From positions 28,867-52,866 of the forward strand of contig JAGWVT010000005.1 in the NCBI GenBank assembly GCA_018970765.1: a DNA stretch of 24,000 nt, written 5' to 3'. The position numbers were made by a program, and so were the translations under genes. This DNA comes from Actinomycetales bacterium. GTDB taxonomy: Bacteria > Actinomycetota > Actinomycetes > S36-B12. Below, in pieces: positions 1 to 7,177 of this stretch (position 1 is the first letter of the stretch; each line of letters begins with the position of its first letter). The notes beneath the pieces are model-generated. The model was not told where the DNA came from. It worked only from the letters and a program-made list of their open reading frames with translations, and did no database searches.

Positions 1-210
1 AAGTTCACCGGCATTTGCCTCGATGATCGAGACCATCGCGCGGTTGCCTTCGACGTCGATATCGATATCGCCATCGAGGTCGAGAATGTCGAGGAAGCCT
101 TCGAGGTAGTCGGCGGCGGCGTCGCCTTCCTGCACGAGCAGGGTCGCCCCGTTCCCTGTTGACGGGGCTTCCTCGTCGACGATTTCGGTTGTGGATCCTT
201 GATCAGACAT
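1..210 (-). CDS. Jag/KhpB-type R3H RNA-binding protein, N-terminal 70 codons only (gene continues past window start)
   Basis: Absent from the ORF track because it runs off the window. Minus-strand ATG at 210-208 opens MSDQGSTTEIVDEEAPSTGNGATLLVQEGDAAADYLEGFLDILDLDGDIDIDVEGNRAMVSIIEANAGEL, with no stop down to position 1. The acidic ADYLEGFLDILDLDGDIDIDVEG segment and the position just downstream of yidC match actinobacterial jag. Confidence 0.7.
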   Translation of the reverse strand, partial: MSDQGSTTEIVDEEAPSTGNGATLLVQEGDAAADYLEGFLDILDLDGDIDIDVEGNRAMVSIIEANAGEL

Positions 211-243
211 GACACTCCTTGATCCTGGTCACGTGATGCGTGG

Positions 244-1179
244 TCAGGCGGATTTACCAGGCTTGCGCTGGCTGCGGGTGGCTTTCTTTGGCTGCTTACG
301 GACAGGTGCGGGTTCCTCGACCACCGGTGGTGGTTCCGGTGGAGCCTTGACCTTGCGTGCCTTTCTGGCCTCACGAGCCTCGAAGGCAGGGGTACCGGGC
401 TGTGGATTGTTGCGAATCACCCAGAACTGTTGGCCCATCGACCATAGGTTCGTAGTGAACCAATAGATCAACACACCGATAGGGAAGTTGATGCCACCAA
501 TCGCGAAGACCAGCGGGAACACGTAGAGCAGGATCTTCTGCTGACGAACCATCGGGTTGTCCGGGGCGCTGTTCTTGACGATCAGTTGGCGCTGGGTGAG
601 GAATGTCGTGACCGTCATCAGGATGATGAGGATGAAGGCGACGATTCGAGTCGCCATCGGCATGGGTGTCTCGTCGGCGTTCATGAAGGTGCCATAGATG
701 GGCACACCCAGGAGTTCTGCGTTCTTGGCCTGGGGCAACAGGTCCTGATACTGCGCCCACGCAAACACCCCGGGAGGGGTGTACCCCGGATCATTCGGGT
801 TGTACATCGCGATGCCCTGCAGCACGGAGAACAGGGCGAAAAAGATCGGGGCTTGCAGGAGGATCGGCAGGCAGGAGGCCAGCGGATTGGTGCCAGTCTC
901 TCGGTAGAGCTTCATCATTTCCTGGGACTGCCGTTCACGGTCCCCGGCGTACTTCTTTTGGATCTCCTTCATCTGCGGCTGGATCAGCTGCATGTTGCGT
1001 TGCGACTTGATCTGCTTTACAAAGAGCGGAATCAGCAGTATGCGGATCACGATGACAAGTCCCACGATGGAGAAGGCCCAGGTCCAGCCGCTGGCTGGAT
1101 CCATAAAGGTGCTGAGCGCCTGATGGAACTGGACCAAGATCCAGCTCACACCGTTCTTCAGCCAATCGAGGATGAACAT
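244..1179 (-). CDS. yidC: membrane protein insertase YidC
   Basis: 311 aa ORF with ATG at 1179. It has multiple hydrophobic helices, the conserved QPQMKEIQKKY...LYRETGTNPLASCLPILLQAPIFFALF core and a basic Lys/Pro-rich C-terminal tail. It sits in the jag-yidC-yidD-rnpA-rpmH synteny. Confidence 0.93.
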   Translation of the reverse strand: MFILDWLKNGVSWILVQFHQALSTFMDPASGWTWAFSIVGLVIVIRILLIPLFVKQIKSQRNMQLIQPQMKEIQKKYAGDRERQSQEMMKLYRETGTNPLASCLPILLQAPIFFALFSVLQGIAMYNPNDPGYTPPGVFAWAQYQDLLPQAKNAELLGVPIYGTFMNADETPMPMATRIVAFILIILMTVTTFLTQRQLIVKNSAPDNPMVRQQKILLYVFPLVFAIGGINFPIGVLIYWFTTNLWSMGQQFWVIRNNPQPGTPAFEAREARKARKVKAPPEPPPVVEEPAPVRKQPKKATRSQRKPGKSA

Positions 1180-1229
1180 TGCTTCCGTCCAGTTTTGTCA
1201 GGGTCCAGTGGTGTCGGGGTCAAGAACTT

Positions 1230-1553
1230 TCAGCGTCCAAATCGCGGTGTTCCGTCAGGAAGTATGTCGGGTCGCCACGCACCGTGCTGCGGTACGGGGT
1301 CAATTCCACCACGGTTCCATGGGTTGCAACGCAGCAGCCGCCAGCAGGCCAGCGCAGTGCCCTTTGCTGACCCGTGAATCTGTATCGCTTTAAGTGCGTA
1401 CGCCGAACAACTCGGGTAGAAGCGGCAACTAGCCGGCAGTAATGGCGAGATGGTCTGGCGATAGATCCAGATCAGTGCAATAAGAAGCCATGCCAGAACA
1501 AGACCAAGGGAGTGGTCCCAGACCCAGAGCGCCCACGACACAACCTTTGTCAT
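1230..1553 (-). CDS. yidD: membrane protein insertion efficiency factor YidD
   Basis: Contains the YidD signature [58 protein letters not shown]. The track start at 1556 is a TTG codon. The next codon is an ATG at 1553-1551 that shares its A with the rnpA TGA stop (TGATG), so I prefer 1553. Confidence 0.88.
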   Translation of the reverse strand: MTKVVSWALWVWDHSLGLVLAWLLIALIWIYRQTISPLLPASCRFYPSCSAYALKAIQIHGSAKGTALACWRLLRCNPWNRGGIDPVPQHGAWRPDILPDGTPRFGR

Positions 1554-1903
1554 CAATGCCTCGGCAGTCCGGCACGACCAAGTGCGATGTCAAGATCTGT
1601 GAGCAACGTCGCCCAGGAGCGTTGCGCCGCCCCGGGCAAGGCTCGAATCACGATGCGGCTGCCGGCAGGCCAACCTGCAATGCGAGTCTGAGCCGCGTGT
1701 CGAATTCGACGTGCTACCGCGTGCCTTTCCACGGCATTACCAACAGCCTTGCTAGCCACCACACCAACTCGTGGCAAGCCAGGGTTGTTGTTGCGTGAAA
1801 GCAACACGTGCACGGTTAGAGCGCCGTGTTTACCACGGGTCCCTGAACGCGTAACTTCAAGGAAGTCCGTTGAACGGCGGAGCCGGTGGACTGCGGGCAG
1901 CAT
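1553..1903 (-). CDS. rnpA: ribonuclease P protein component
   Basis: 116 aa basic protein with ATG at 1903. The N-terminus [20 protein letters not shown] is typical of RnpA, and the gene lies directly downstream of rpmH. Confidence 0.88.
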   Translation of the reverse strand: MLPAVHRLRRSTDFLEVTRSGTRGKHGALTVHVLLSRNNNPGLPRVGVVASKAVGNAVERHAVARRIRHAAQTRIAGWPAGSRIVIRALPGAAQRSWATLLTDLDIALGRAGLPRH

Positions 1904-1938
1904 GGTCGTTGCCCGGTAAGAGGCCGGACCTCGTTCAA

Positions 1939-2073
1939 CTAGGCAGAAAGGCGCGTGCGGCCCTTTGACCGGCGGGCCGAAAGGATGGCGCGGCCAGCGC
2001 GTGTGCGCATGCGGGTGCGAAATCCATGGGTCTTCGCCCGCCTACGGTTGTTGGGCTGGAAGGTGCGCCTCAT
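1939..2073 (-). CDS. rpmH: 50S ribosomal protein L34
   Basis: An internal ATG at 2073 gives the 44 aa product [44 protein letters not shown], which is essentially the universal L34 sequence. The 66 aa track ORF (to 2139) adds 22 non-conserved residues. Confidence 0.92.
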   Translation of the reverse strand: MRRTFQPNNRRRAKTHGFRTRMRTRAGRAILSARRSKGRTRLSA

Positions 2074-2139
2074 GGTTGGGAGCGTACGTATCGCCGCGCT
2101 TGCGGTCAAATGCACATCGGAACCCACAGCGCTAGGCAC

Positions 2140-2340
2140 TGGACTTGTCAGCCTTCCCGGGCGTGACTAGCGTCTAGCCCCGCGGCACCGTCAGTTCAAT
2201 GAGGTTCTAGGACCTGGGCCTGTGCACATCTGTTGACAAAGATGTGGACAAGGTCACCACATGTCCCATGAGTCCCATGTGTGGGGTGCTCCGACCACCG
2301 AGTAGTAATCCACCATCTGTAGTGACCGGGGTGAGTAGCC
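2140..2340. promoter_or_regulatory. divergent rpmH/dnaA intergenic region with candidate dnaA promoter element and DnaA box
   Basis: A perfect -35 hexamer TTGACA lies at 2233-2238. It is followed 4 nt later by TGTGGACAA at 2243-2251, the reverse complement of TTGTCCACA. A direct repeat GTCCCATG occurs at 2263-2270 and 2272-2279. A TAGTAAT -10-like string lies at 2303-2309. No transcription start can be assigned from sequence alone. Confidence 0.5.
2243..2251 (-). promoter_or_regulatory. DnaA box, perfect match to actinobacterial consensus TTGTCCACA
   Basis: The plus strand reads TGTGGACAA, whose reverse complement is TTGTCCACA. It lies about 90 nt upstream of the dnaA ATG. Confidence 0.6.
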
Positions 2341-3756
2341 ATGGCTGAGAACCTGGAACTGCAGTCCGTCTGGTCAGCAGCTTTAGGAGCCTTGGCTGAC
2401 GGACAGCTTTCAGACTCCCAGCGCGGTTTCGTCAACCTGGCTCAGCCAGTCGGAATCGTCGACAGCACCGCCCTCATTGCTGTCCCGAACGACTTCACCC
2501 GAGACATTCTGGAAACCCGCCTTCAACCGATGTTGGCAGAGGCCCTCTCCCAGGCCATGGGACGAGATATCCGCCTGGCCGTCACTGTGGATCCGAGCAT
2601 GAGCGTGTCAACCGATGAATTGGAAATCCTCATCAACGAGGAGCAGGGTGAACGCAACGAAGCCCCACCAGAACTAGCGATTCGCCCGGGTACCGGATCA
2701 CCTGGAACCCGCGTTGAGGACGCCCGACTGAATGCGAAGTACACCTTCGAGTCCTTCGTCATCGGTGCGAGTAATCGTTTTGCCCACGCGGCCGCCGTGG
2801 CGGTGGCCGAGCAGCCCGCACGTGCCTACAACCCCCTGTTCATCTACGGAGGTTCAGGCCTAGGCAAAACGCATCTCCTGCACGCCATTGGCCACTACGC
2901 ACGCACGCTGTACGCAGGCATGCGAGTCCGTTATGTCAGCTCCGAGGAATTCACCAACGAATTCATCAACAGCATTCGTGACGATAAGGCAGCGGCGTTC
3001 CAACGTCGCTACCGCGATGTCGACGTACTCCTGGTTGATGACATCCAGTTTCTCAGCGGCAAAGTCCAAACCCAGGAGGAGTTCTTCCACACGTTCAACA
3101 CGCTGCACAACTCCAACAAGCAGATCGTTGTCACCTCCGATCTGCCCCCCAAGCAGTTGCAGGACTTCGAAGACCGGATGCGCTCACGCTTTGAATGGGG
3201 CTTGATTACCGACGTCCAACCCCCGGACCTTGAGACCCGAATTGCCATTCTTCGCAAGAAGAGCGCTCAGGAGCGGATCGTCGCTCCCCCTGAGGTGTTG
3301 GAATTCATTGCCTCGAAGATCGCCACAAATATCCGGGAACTCGAAGGTGCACTGATTCGGGTTACTGCCTTCGCGTCGCTGAATCGGCAGCCGGTTGACT
3401 TACCGTTGACCGAGAACGTGATGCGTCACTTGTTTCCCTCCGATGAGGGGCCTGAGATCACGGTGGGACAGATCATGGCGGCAACCGCCTCCTACTTCGG
3501 GGTCACCATTGACGACCTATGTGGCTCAAGCCGATCGAGAGTGTTGGTCACCGCACGGCAGATCGCCATGTACCTGTGTCGTGAACTCACCGATCTGTCC
3601 CTACCGAAAATTGGACAGGCTTTTGGTGGCCGTGACCACACCACCGTGATGCATGCGGACCGCAAGATCCGGCAGTTGATGGCTGAGCGGCGCAGTCTGT
3701 TCAACCAGGTCACGGACCTCACCAGCCGTATCAAGTCTCAACCGAGGACTGTCTAG
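2341..3756 (+). CDS. dnaA: chromosomal replication initiator protein DnaA
   Basis: 471 aa. Walker [16 protein letters not shown], Walker [10 protein letters not shown], box VII/sensor region, and C-terminal DNA-binding signature [16 protein letters not shown] are all present. Confidence 0.97.
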   Translation: MAENLELQSVWSAALGALADGQLSDSQRGFVNLAQPVGIVDSTALIAVPNDFTRDILETRLQPMLAEALSQAMGRDIRLAVTVDPSMSVSTDELEILINEEQGERNEAPPELAIRPGTGSPGTRVEDARLNAKYTFESFVIGASNRFAHAAAVAVAEQPARAYNPLFIYGGSGLGKTHLLHAIGHYARTLYAGMRVRYVSSEEFTNEFINSIRDDKAAAFQRRYRDVDVLLVDDIQFLSGKVQTQEEFFHTFNTLHNSNKQIVVTSDLPPKQLQDFEDRMRSRFEWGLITDVQPPDLETRIAILRKKSAQERIVAPPEVLEFIASKIATNIRELEGALIRVTAFASLNRQPVDLPLTENVMRHLFPSDEGPEITVGQIMAATASYFGVTIDDLCGSSRSRVLVTARQIAMYLCRELTDLSLPKIGQAFGGRDHTTVMHADRKIRQLMAERRSLFNQVTDLTSRIKSQPRTV

Positions 3757-3782
3757 TCCCACTTGTCACTCTCGTCCCCATA

Positions 3783-3791
3783 TGTGGATAA
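3783..3791 (-). promoter_or_regulatory. DnaA box (rc TTATCCACA, perfect E. coli-type consensus)
   Basis: The plus strand reads TGTGGATAA. A second box at 3795-3803 follows in the same orientation after 3 nt. Confidence 0.7.
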
Positions 3792-3794
3792 CTC

Positions 3795-3803
3795 TGTGGA
3801 CAG
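3795..3803 (-). promoter_or_regulatory. DnaA box (rc CTGTCCACA, one mismatch to TTGTCCACA)
   Basis: The plus strand reads TGTGGACAG. It forms a closely spaced pair with the 3783-3791 box. Confidence 0.65.
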
Positions 3804-3880
3804 TGGTTAATTGATTCGTAGTGACAGAAGTGTCCCCAGCTGAGGACATCCTGTGGAGAAGTACCTCACCTCTGGGGTGT

Positions 3881-3889
3881 TTATCCACA
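3881..3889 (+). promoter_or_regulatory. DnaA box (TTATCCACA, perfect)
   Basis: Direct read of the plus strand. It is in the opposite orientation to the 3783-3803 pair and is followed 3 nt later by TGTCCCCA. Confidence 0.7.
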
Positions 3890-4157
3890 AACTGTCCCCA
3901 ACGAGCTCAACTTGTGAGGTGGTCTCTAGGTGTCCGGGCCAGACCCGAGTAATTCTCCACAGCGCTGCCGATGGCTAGTCACAACCCGTCCACAGCCAAA
4001 TTCGGCCACCGGGCGTCGTTCTCAAGTGTTTTCCACTGAATCCACAGTGCCTACGACTACTACGACAGCAACTAGTCGGAATAAGCCCACCAATAACGGC
4101 CTGCCTCCTGGGGATGCCCGGTCTTGACGTATCCCATGAGCCTGGAACACTGACGCT

Positions 4158-5282
4158 GTGAGATTCAGGGCTGAGCGTGATGTGCTAGCCGATGGCGTTG
4201 CTTGGGCTGCACGCACCCTGCCAAGCCGTCCACCGGTACCTGTCCTAGCTGGTCTGGTCCTGCACGCTGAATCAGATGCGCTCGTGCTGAGCAGCTTCGA
4301 CTACGAAGTCTCGACACGTGTGCTGGTCCCAGCCGACATTCAGACTGCTGGAACAGTCGTAGTTCCAGGTCGCTTGTTGTCCGATATTTGTCGAGCTCTG
4401 CCGGGTGCACCTGTTGAAGTGCAATTGGACGGCACCAGGGTTCGTATCACCTGCGGACGCTCATCGTTCGCGGTACCGATCATGCCTGCCGAGGACTACC
4501 CGCAGTTACCGACAATGCCGGAACAGGTGGGATCGGTCCCAGGGGACGTGTTTGCCGGTGCGATTACACAGGTCGCTATCGCGGCAGGTAAGGACGACAC
4601 CCTGCCGATGTTGACCGGCATGCGCATGGAGATCGAAGGCACGCAGGTGACCTTGGCGGCGACCGACCGCTATCGCTTAGCAATGCGTGAATTTACTTGG
4701 GAACCGCTTCAGAAAGCGCTCACAGCGGCCGTGCTGATTCCTGCTCGCACGATGGCTGACATGGCCAAAGCGTTGAGCGGTGGCAGTGGCAACAGCGCAG
4801 TGCAAATCGCACTGGCTGAGGGCGGTACCGGTGAAGGCATGATCGGCTTCGAGTCCACTGGCCGTCGAACGACGACACGGCTCCTTGACGGGGAGTTTCC
4901 GAAATACCGAGGCCTACTACCCAACGAGGCATCCTGCATCGCCACGGTGAGCACAGCGGAGTTGATCGAAGCTGTCCGTCGTGTGGCGTTGGTTGCCGAT
5001 CGCAATGCACCGATACACCTGGCCTTCAATGGTTCTGAGGTAACGCTTCGCGCCGGCGCGGGTGATGAGGCCAATGCCACCGAGACTCTGGGATGTGCGG
5101 TAGACGGTGATGGCTTGGAGATTGCGTTCAATCCAGCCTTCCTGCTAGACGGGCTCTCCGCCGTGGGTGAGGCGAGCACGAACTTCAGATTTACCGAATC
5201 CAACAAGCCCGCAGTGCTTGAGGGCGTGGATGCTGGAAGTAGTTACCGGTATCTCCTTATGCCCATCCGACTCACCGGCTAA
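4158..5282 (+). CDS. dnaN: DNA polymerase III subunit beta (sliding clamp)
   Basis: 374 aa with a GTG start at 4158, the first start after an in-frame TGA at 4137-4139. The N-terminus MRFRAERDVLADGVAWAARTLP and the C-terminus YRYLLMPIRL are typical of DnaN. Confidence 0.95.
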   Translation: MRFRAERDVLADGVAWAARTLPSRPPVPVLAGLVLHAESDALVLSSFDYEVSTRVLVPADIQTAGTVVVPGRLLSDICRALPGAPVEVQLDGTRVRITCGRSSFAVPIMPAEDYPQLPTMPEQVGSVPGDVFAGAITQVAIAAGKDDTLPMLTGMRMEIEGTQVTLAATDRYRLAMREFTWEPLQKALTAAVLIPARTMADMAKALSGGSGNSAVQIALAEGGTGEGMIGFESTGRRTTTRLLDGEFPKYRGLLPNEASCIATVSTAELIEAVRRVALVADRNAPIHLAFNGSEVTLRAGAGDEANATETLGCAVDGDGLEIAFNPAFLLDGLSAVGEASTNFRFTESNKPAVLEGVDAGSSYRYLLMPIRLTG

Positions 5283-5288
5283 TCCTTC

Positions 5289-6458
5289 GTGTGGCTTGCA
5301 GAACTGAGCCTTGTTGACGTCCGGTCGTACCAGGCGCTCAACTGTTCATTCAATCCCGGTGTGACTGTGCTTGTTGGACGCAATGGTCAAGGAAAGACCA
5401 ACATTGTTGAGTCAATTGGTTACCTTGCAACGCACACCAGTCATCGGGTCGCCAGTGATGCCCCAATGATTCGTCTGGGTGCGCACCAGGCACTGATCAC
5501 CGGCGAGGTGGTGACAAAGGAGCGCCAGGTCCTCTTGGAGTTAGCAATTCTGCAGGGACGGGCAAACAAAGCACGGGTCAACGGTGTCCCGGTACCGCGC
5601 TTTCGGGAAGCCCTGGGGTACCTGACTTCGGTCACGTTCTCACCAGAGGACCTGGGCATAGTGAAGGGTGATCCCGCCGAGCGTCGCCGATTTCTCGATG
5701 AATTGATCATGCAGCACCGACCGAGAATGGCGGCTGTCTACAGCGACTATGAGCACACCTTGAAGCAACGCAATGCGCTACTGAAATCAGGTCTCGCTCG
5801 ACCTAACGGTGGGCAACCGTCAGCTGCGGCATTCACGAGCATGCTTGCCGTTTGGGACGAGCAACTCGTCAAGTTGGGCGCCCAGTTGACCGTCGCGCGT
5901 CTTGCCATGGTCGAACAACTCGCCGCCACCATCGTTTCCACCTATGCGACCTTGGCTCAAGGTGCAGCGGTCCTTGACGTCGCACTGGCTTACCGAAGCA
6001 GTGCCCTGAAGCCGGACGACGACTCAAAGGACAACGTGTCGCTCCCCAACGATGAGCAGTCATGGACCGCGCTGTTGGATGAGGCGTTACTGAAAGCGCG
6101 AGCCCAAGAACGCGCGCGAGGCATTACCGTGGTTGGACCACATCGCGACGATCTAGTCCTGTCCTTAGGCCCGCATCCGGTGCGCGGTTTCGCCTCTCAA
6201 GGTGAATGTTGGTCTCTAGCATTAGCGCTCAGACTGGCATCTATCAACGTGTTGGCCAGCCAAGGTGATAGTCCAGTGGTCATTCTTGATGATGTTTTCG
6301 CAGAGTTGGACAGTGGTCGACGTTTGATGCTCAGAGACTTCCTCACCGGTGTTGATCAGGTGTTCATTACGGCCGCTGTTGAGGAAGACCTCCCAAGTGA
6401 ACTTGTTGCTGATCGACTTGATGTTCGTGATGGAACGGTCTCACCACGGGCAGCATGA
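5289..6458 (+). CDS. recF: DNA replication and repair protein RecF
   Basis: 389 aa with a GTG start 6 nt after the dnaN stop. Contains Walker A GRNGQGKTNIVESI, an SMC-like signature region and the Walker B motif VVILDDVFAELD. Confidence 0.94.
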   Translation: MWLAELSLVDVRSYQALNCSFNPGVTVLVGRNGQGKTNIVESIGYLATHTSHRVASDAPMIRLGAHQALITGEVVTKERQVLLELAILQGRANKARVNGVPVPRFREALGYLTSVTFSPEDLGIVKGDPAERRRFLDELIMQHRPRMAAVYSDYEHTLKQRNALLKSGLARPNGGQPSAAAFTSMLAVWDEQLVKLGAQLTVARLAMVEQLAATIVSTYATLAQGAAVLDVALAYRSSALKPDDDSKDNVSLPNDEQSWTALLDEALLKARAQERARGITVVGPHRDDLVLSLGPHPVRGFASQGECWSLALALRLASINVLASQGDSPVVILDDVFAELDSGRRLMLRDFLTGVDQVFITAAVEEDLPSELVADRLDVRDGTVSPRAA

Positions 6459-6474
6459 TGATGTGTAGCCGATC

Positions 6475-6972
6475 ATGACGACCCCAAGCCGTGCAGCTAT
6501 GCGTGCCCTCGATCAAGCCACGAAGGCAGGACCTCGGCGTGATGATGGGTCGATAGCTGAGCGCCGAGGGCCCAAAGGAAGAGGGACCGAGGGAACAGGA
6601 CCCAAGGCAACCCGTCAGGCCGACATAAGCACCTCGCAGAGCGCGGTGCGAGACCTTCTGCAGTCCCAAGGTTGGGAGCACCTGAGTGTGCGCGCCAGCG
6701 TTCTGGCGGAATGGGGGACTTTGGTTGGTGCAGATCTCGCCCAACATGTGACCGTCGAGGATTTCACAAATGGAGCCCTCAAACTTCGGGCCGAATCGAC
6801 AGCCTGGGCAACCCAGGTTCGGCTGTTGGCGGGAGAGATTCAAGTGGTCCTGGATACCCGGTTCGGTCCAGGCGTGGTGACCAGCCTTGAAGTGCAGGGT
6901 CCGGCAGCGCCTCGATGGGGGTCGGGTCCACGCCGTGTCCCAGGCCGCGGTCCGCGGGACACTTACGGCTGA
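6475..6972 (+). CDS. DUF721 domain protein (DciA-type replicative helicase loader candidate, Rv0004 position)
   Basis: 165 aa, sitting in the conserved slot between recF and gyrB. The N-terminal third is basic and low-complexity. This is followed by a W..LVG..LA.H....F..G.L.L...S.AWATQ.R pattern typical of DUF721. The assignment rests on synteny plus motif memory. Confidence 0.75.
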   Translation: MTTPSRAAMRALDQATKAGPRRDDGSIAERRGPKGRGTEGTGPKATRQADISTSQSAVRDLLQSQGWEHLSVRASVLAEWGTLVGADLAQHVTVEDFTNGALKLRAESTAWATQVRLLAGEIQVVLDTRFGPGVVTSLEVQGPAAPRWGSGPRRVPGRGPRDTYG

Positions 6973-7177
6973 GAGAGCCGATCCCGTATCCCCACCTACA
7001 CGAGTACCGGTCCAGGCCTCCACAGGGCGGTTTATTCGCCCCACAAGTGCCACGAGAGCAAGACTTCGCCATCAGGACGCAGTAGAATTTGCCCACCGCA
7101 GCCACCAGCCGTCCCAAACGGCTCGCGCCTGCTTCCTGAACCACATTTGACCCGGCTAACGACAAGGAGTTTGGGCG

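Larger units (their letters stand above)
3757..4157. other. chromosomal replication origin (oriC), dnaA-dnaN intergenic region
   Basis: A 401 nt non-coding gap in the canonical actinobacterial oriC position, with a dense set of DnaA-box 9-mers. These are TGTGGATAA 3783-3791 (rc TTATCCACA), TGTGGACAG 3795-3803 (rc CTGTCCACA), TGTGGAGAA 3852-3860 (rc TTCTCCACA), TTATCCACA 3881-3889, TTCTCCACA 3953-3961, CCGTCCACA 3986-3994 and GAATCCACA 4038-4046. Weaker boxes and a locally AT-rich patch at 3804-3826 are also present. Confidence 0.85.

Noticed and set aside
586-1377. 263 aa plus-strand ORF antisense to yidC (also 371-760, 935-1165, 209-466)
   Set aside because: It lies entirely opposite a well-supported yidC gene. 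The Arg/His/Gly/Asp-rich composition is typical of shadow ORFs in GC-rich DNA, and it has no recognisable motif.
2074-2139. 22-codon N-terminal extension of rpmH in the ORF track
   Set aside because: L34 is a 44-47 aa protein that begins at the M(x)KRTFQP motif. The extension is not L34-like, so the internal ATG at 2073 was used.
4049-4100. dnaN-proximal segment with TACGAC-TAC-TACGAC repeat as an alternative unwinding element
   Set aside because: By hand count it is only marginally more AT-rich than its surroundings. The 3804-3826 patch is clearly more AT-rich, so this segment was kept only as an alternative.
3930-4216. ORFs 3930-4127 (+) and 4022-4216 (-) inside the dnaA-dnaN spacer
   Set aside because: They lie within the DnaA-box cluster of oriC. 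The peptides are low-complexity (TTTTTAT, VVVVV), and the second one overlaps the dnaN start.
7083-7088. TAGAAT as a possible gyrB -10 element in the 205-nt DUF721-gyrB spacer
   Set aside because: No acceptable -35 or extended -10 (TGn) is present at 16-18 nt spacing. A single hexamer match is too weak to report as a feature.
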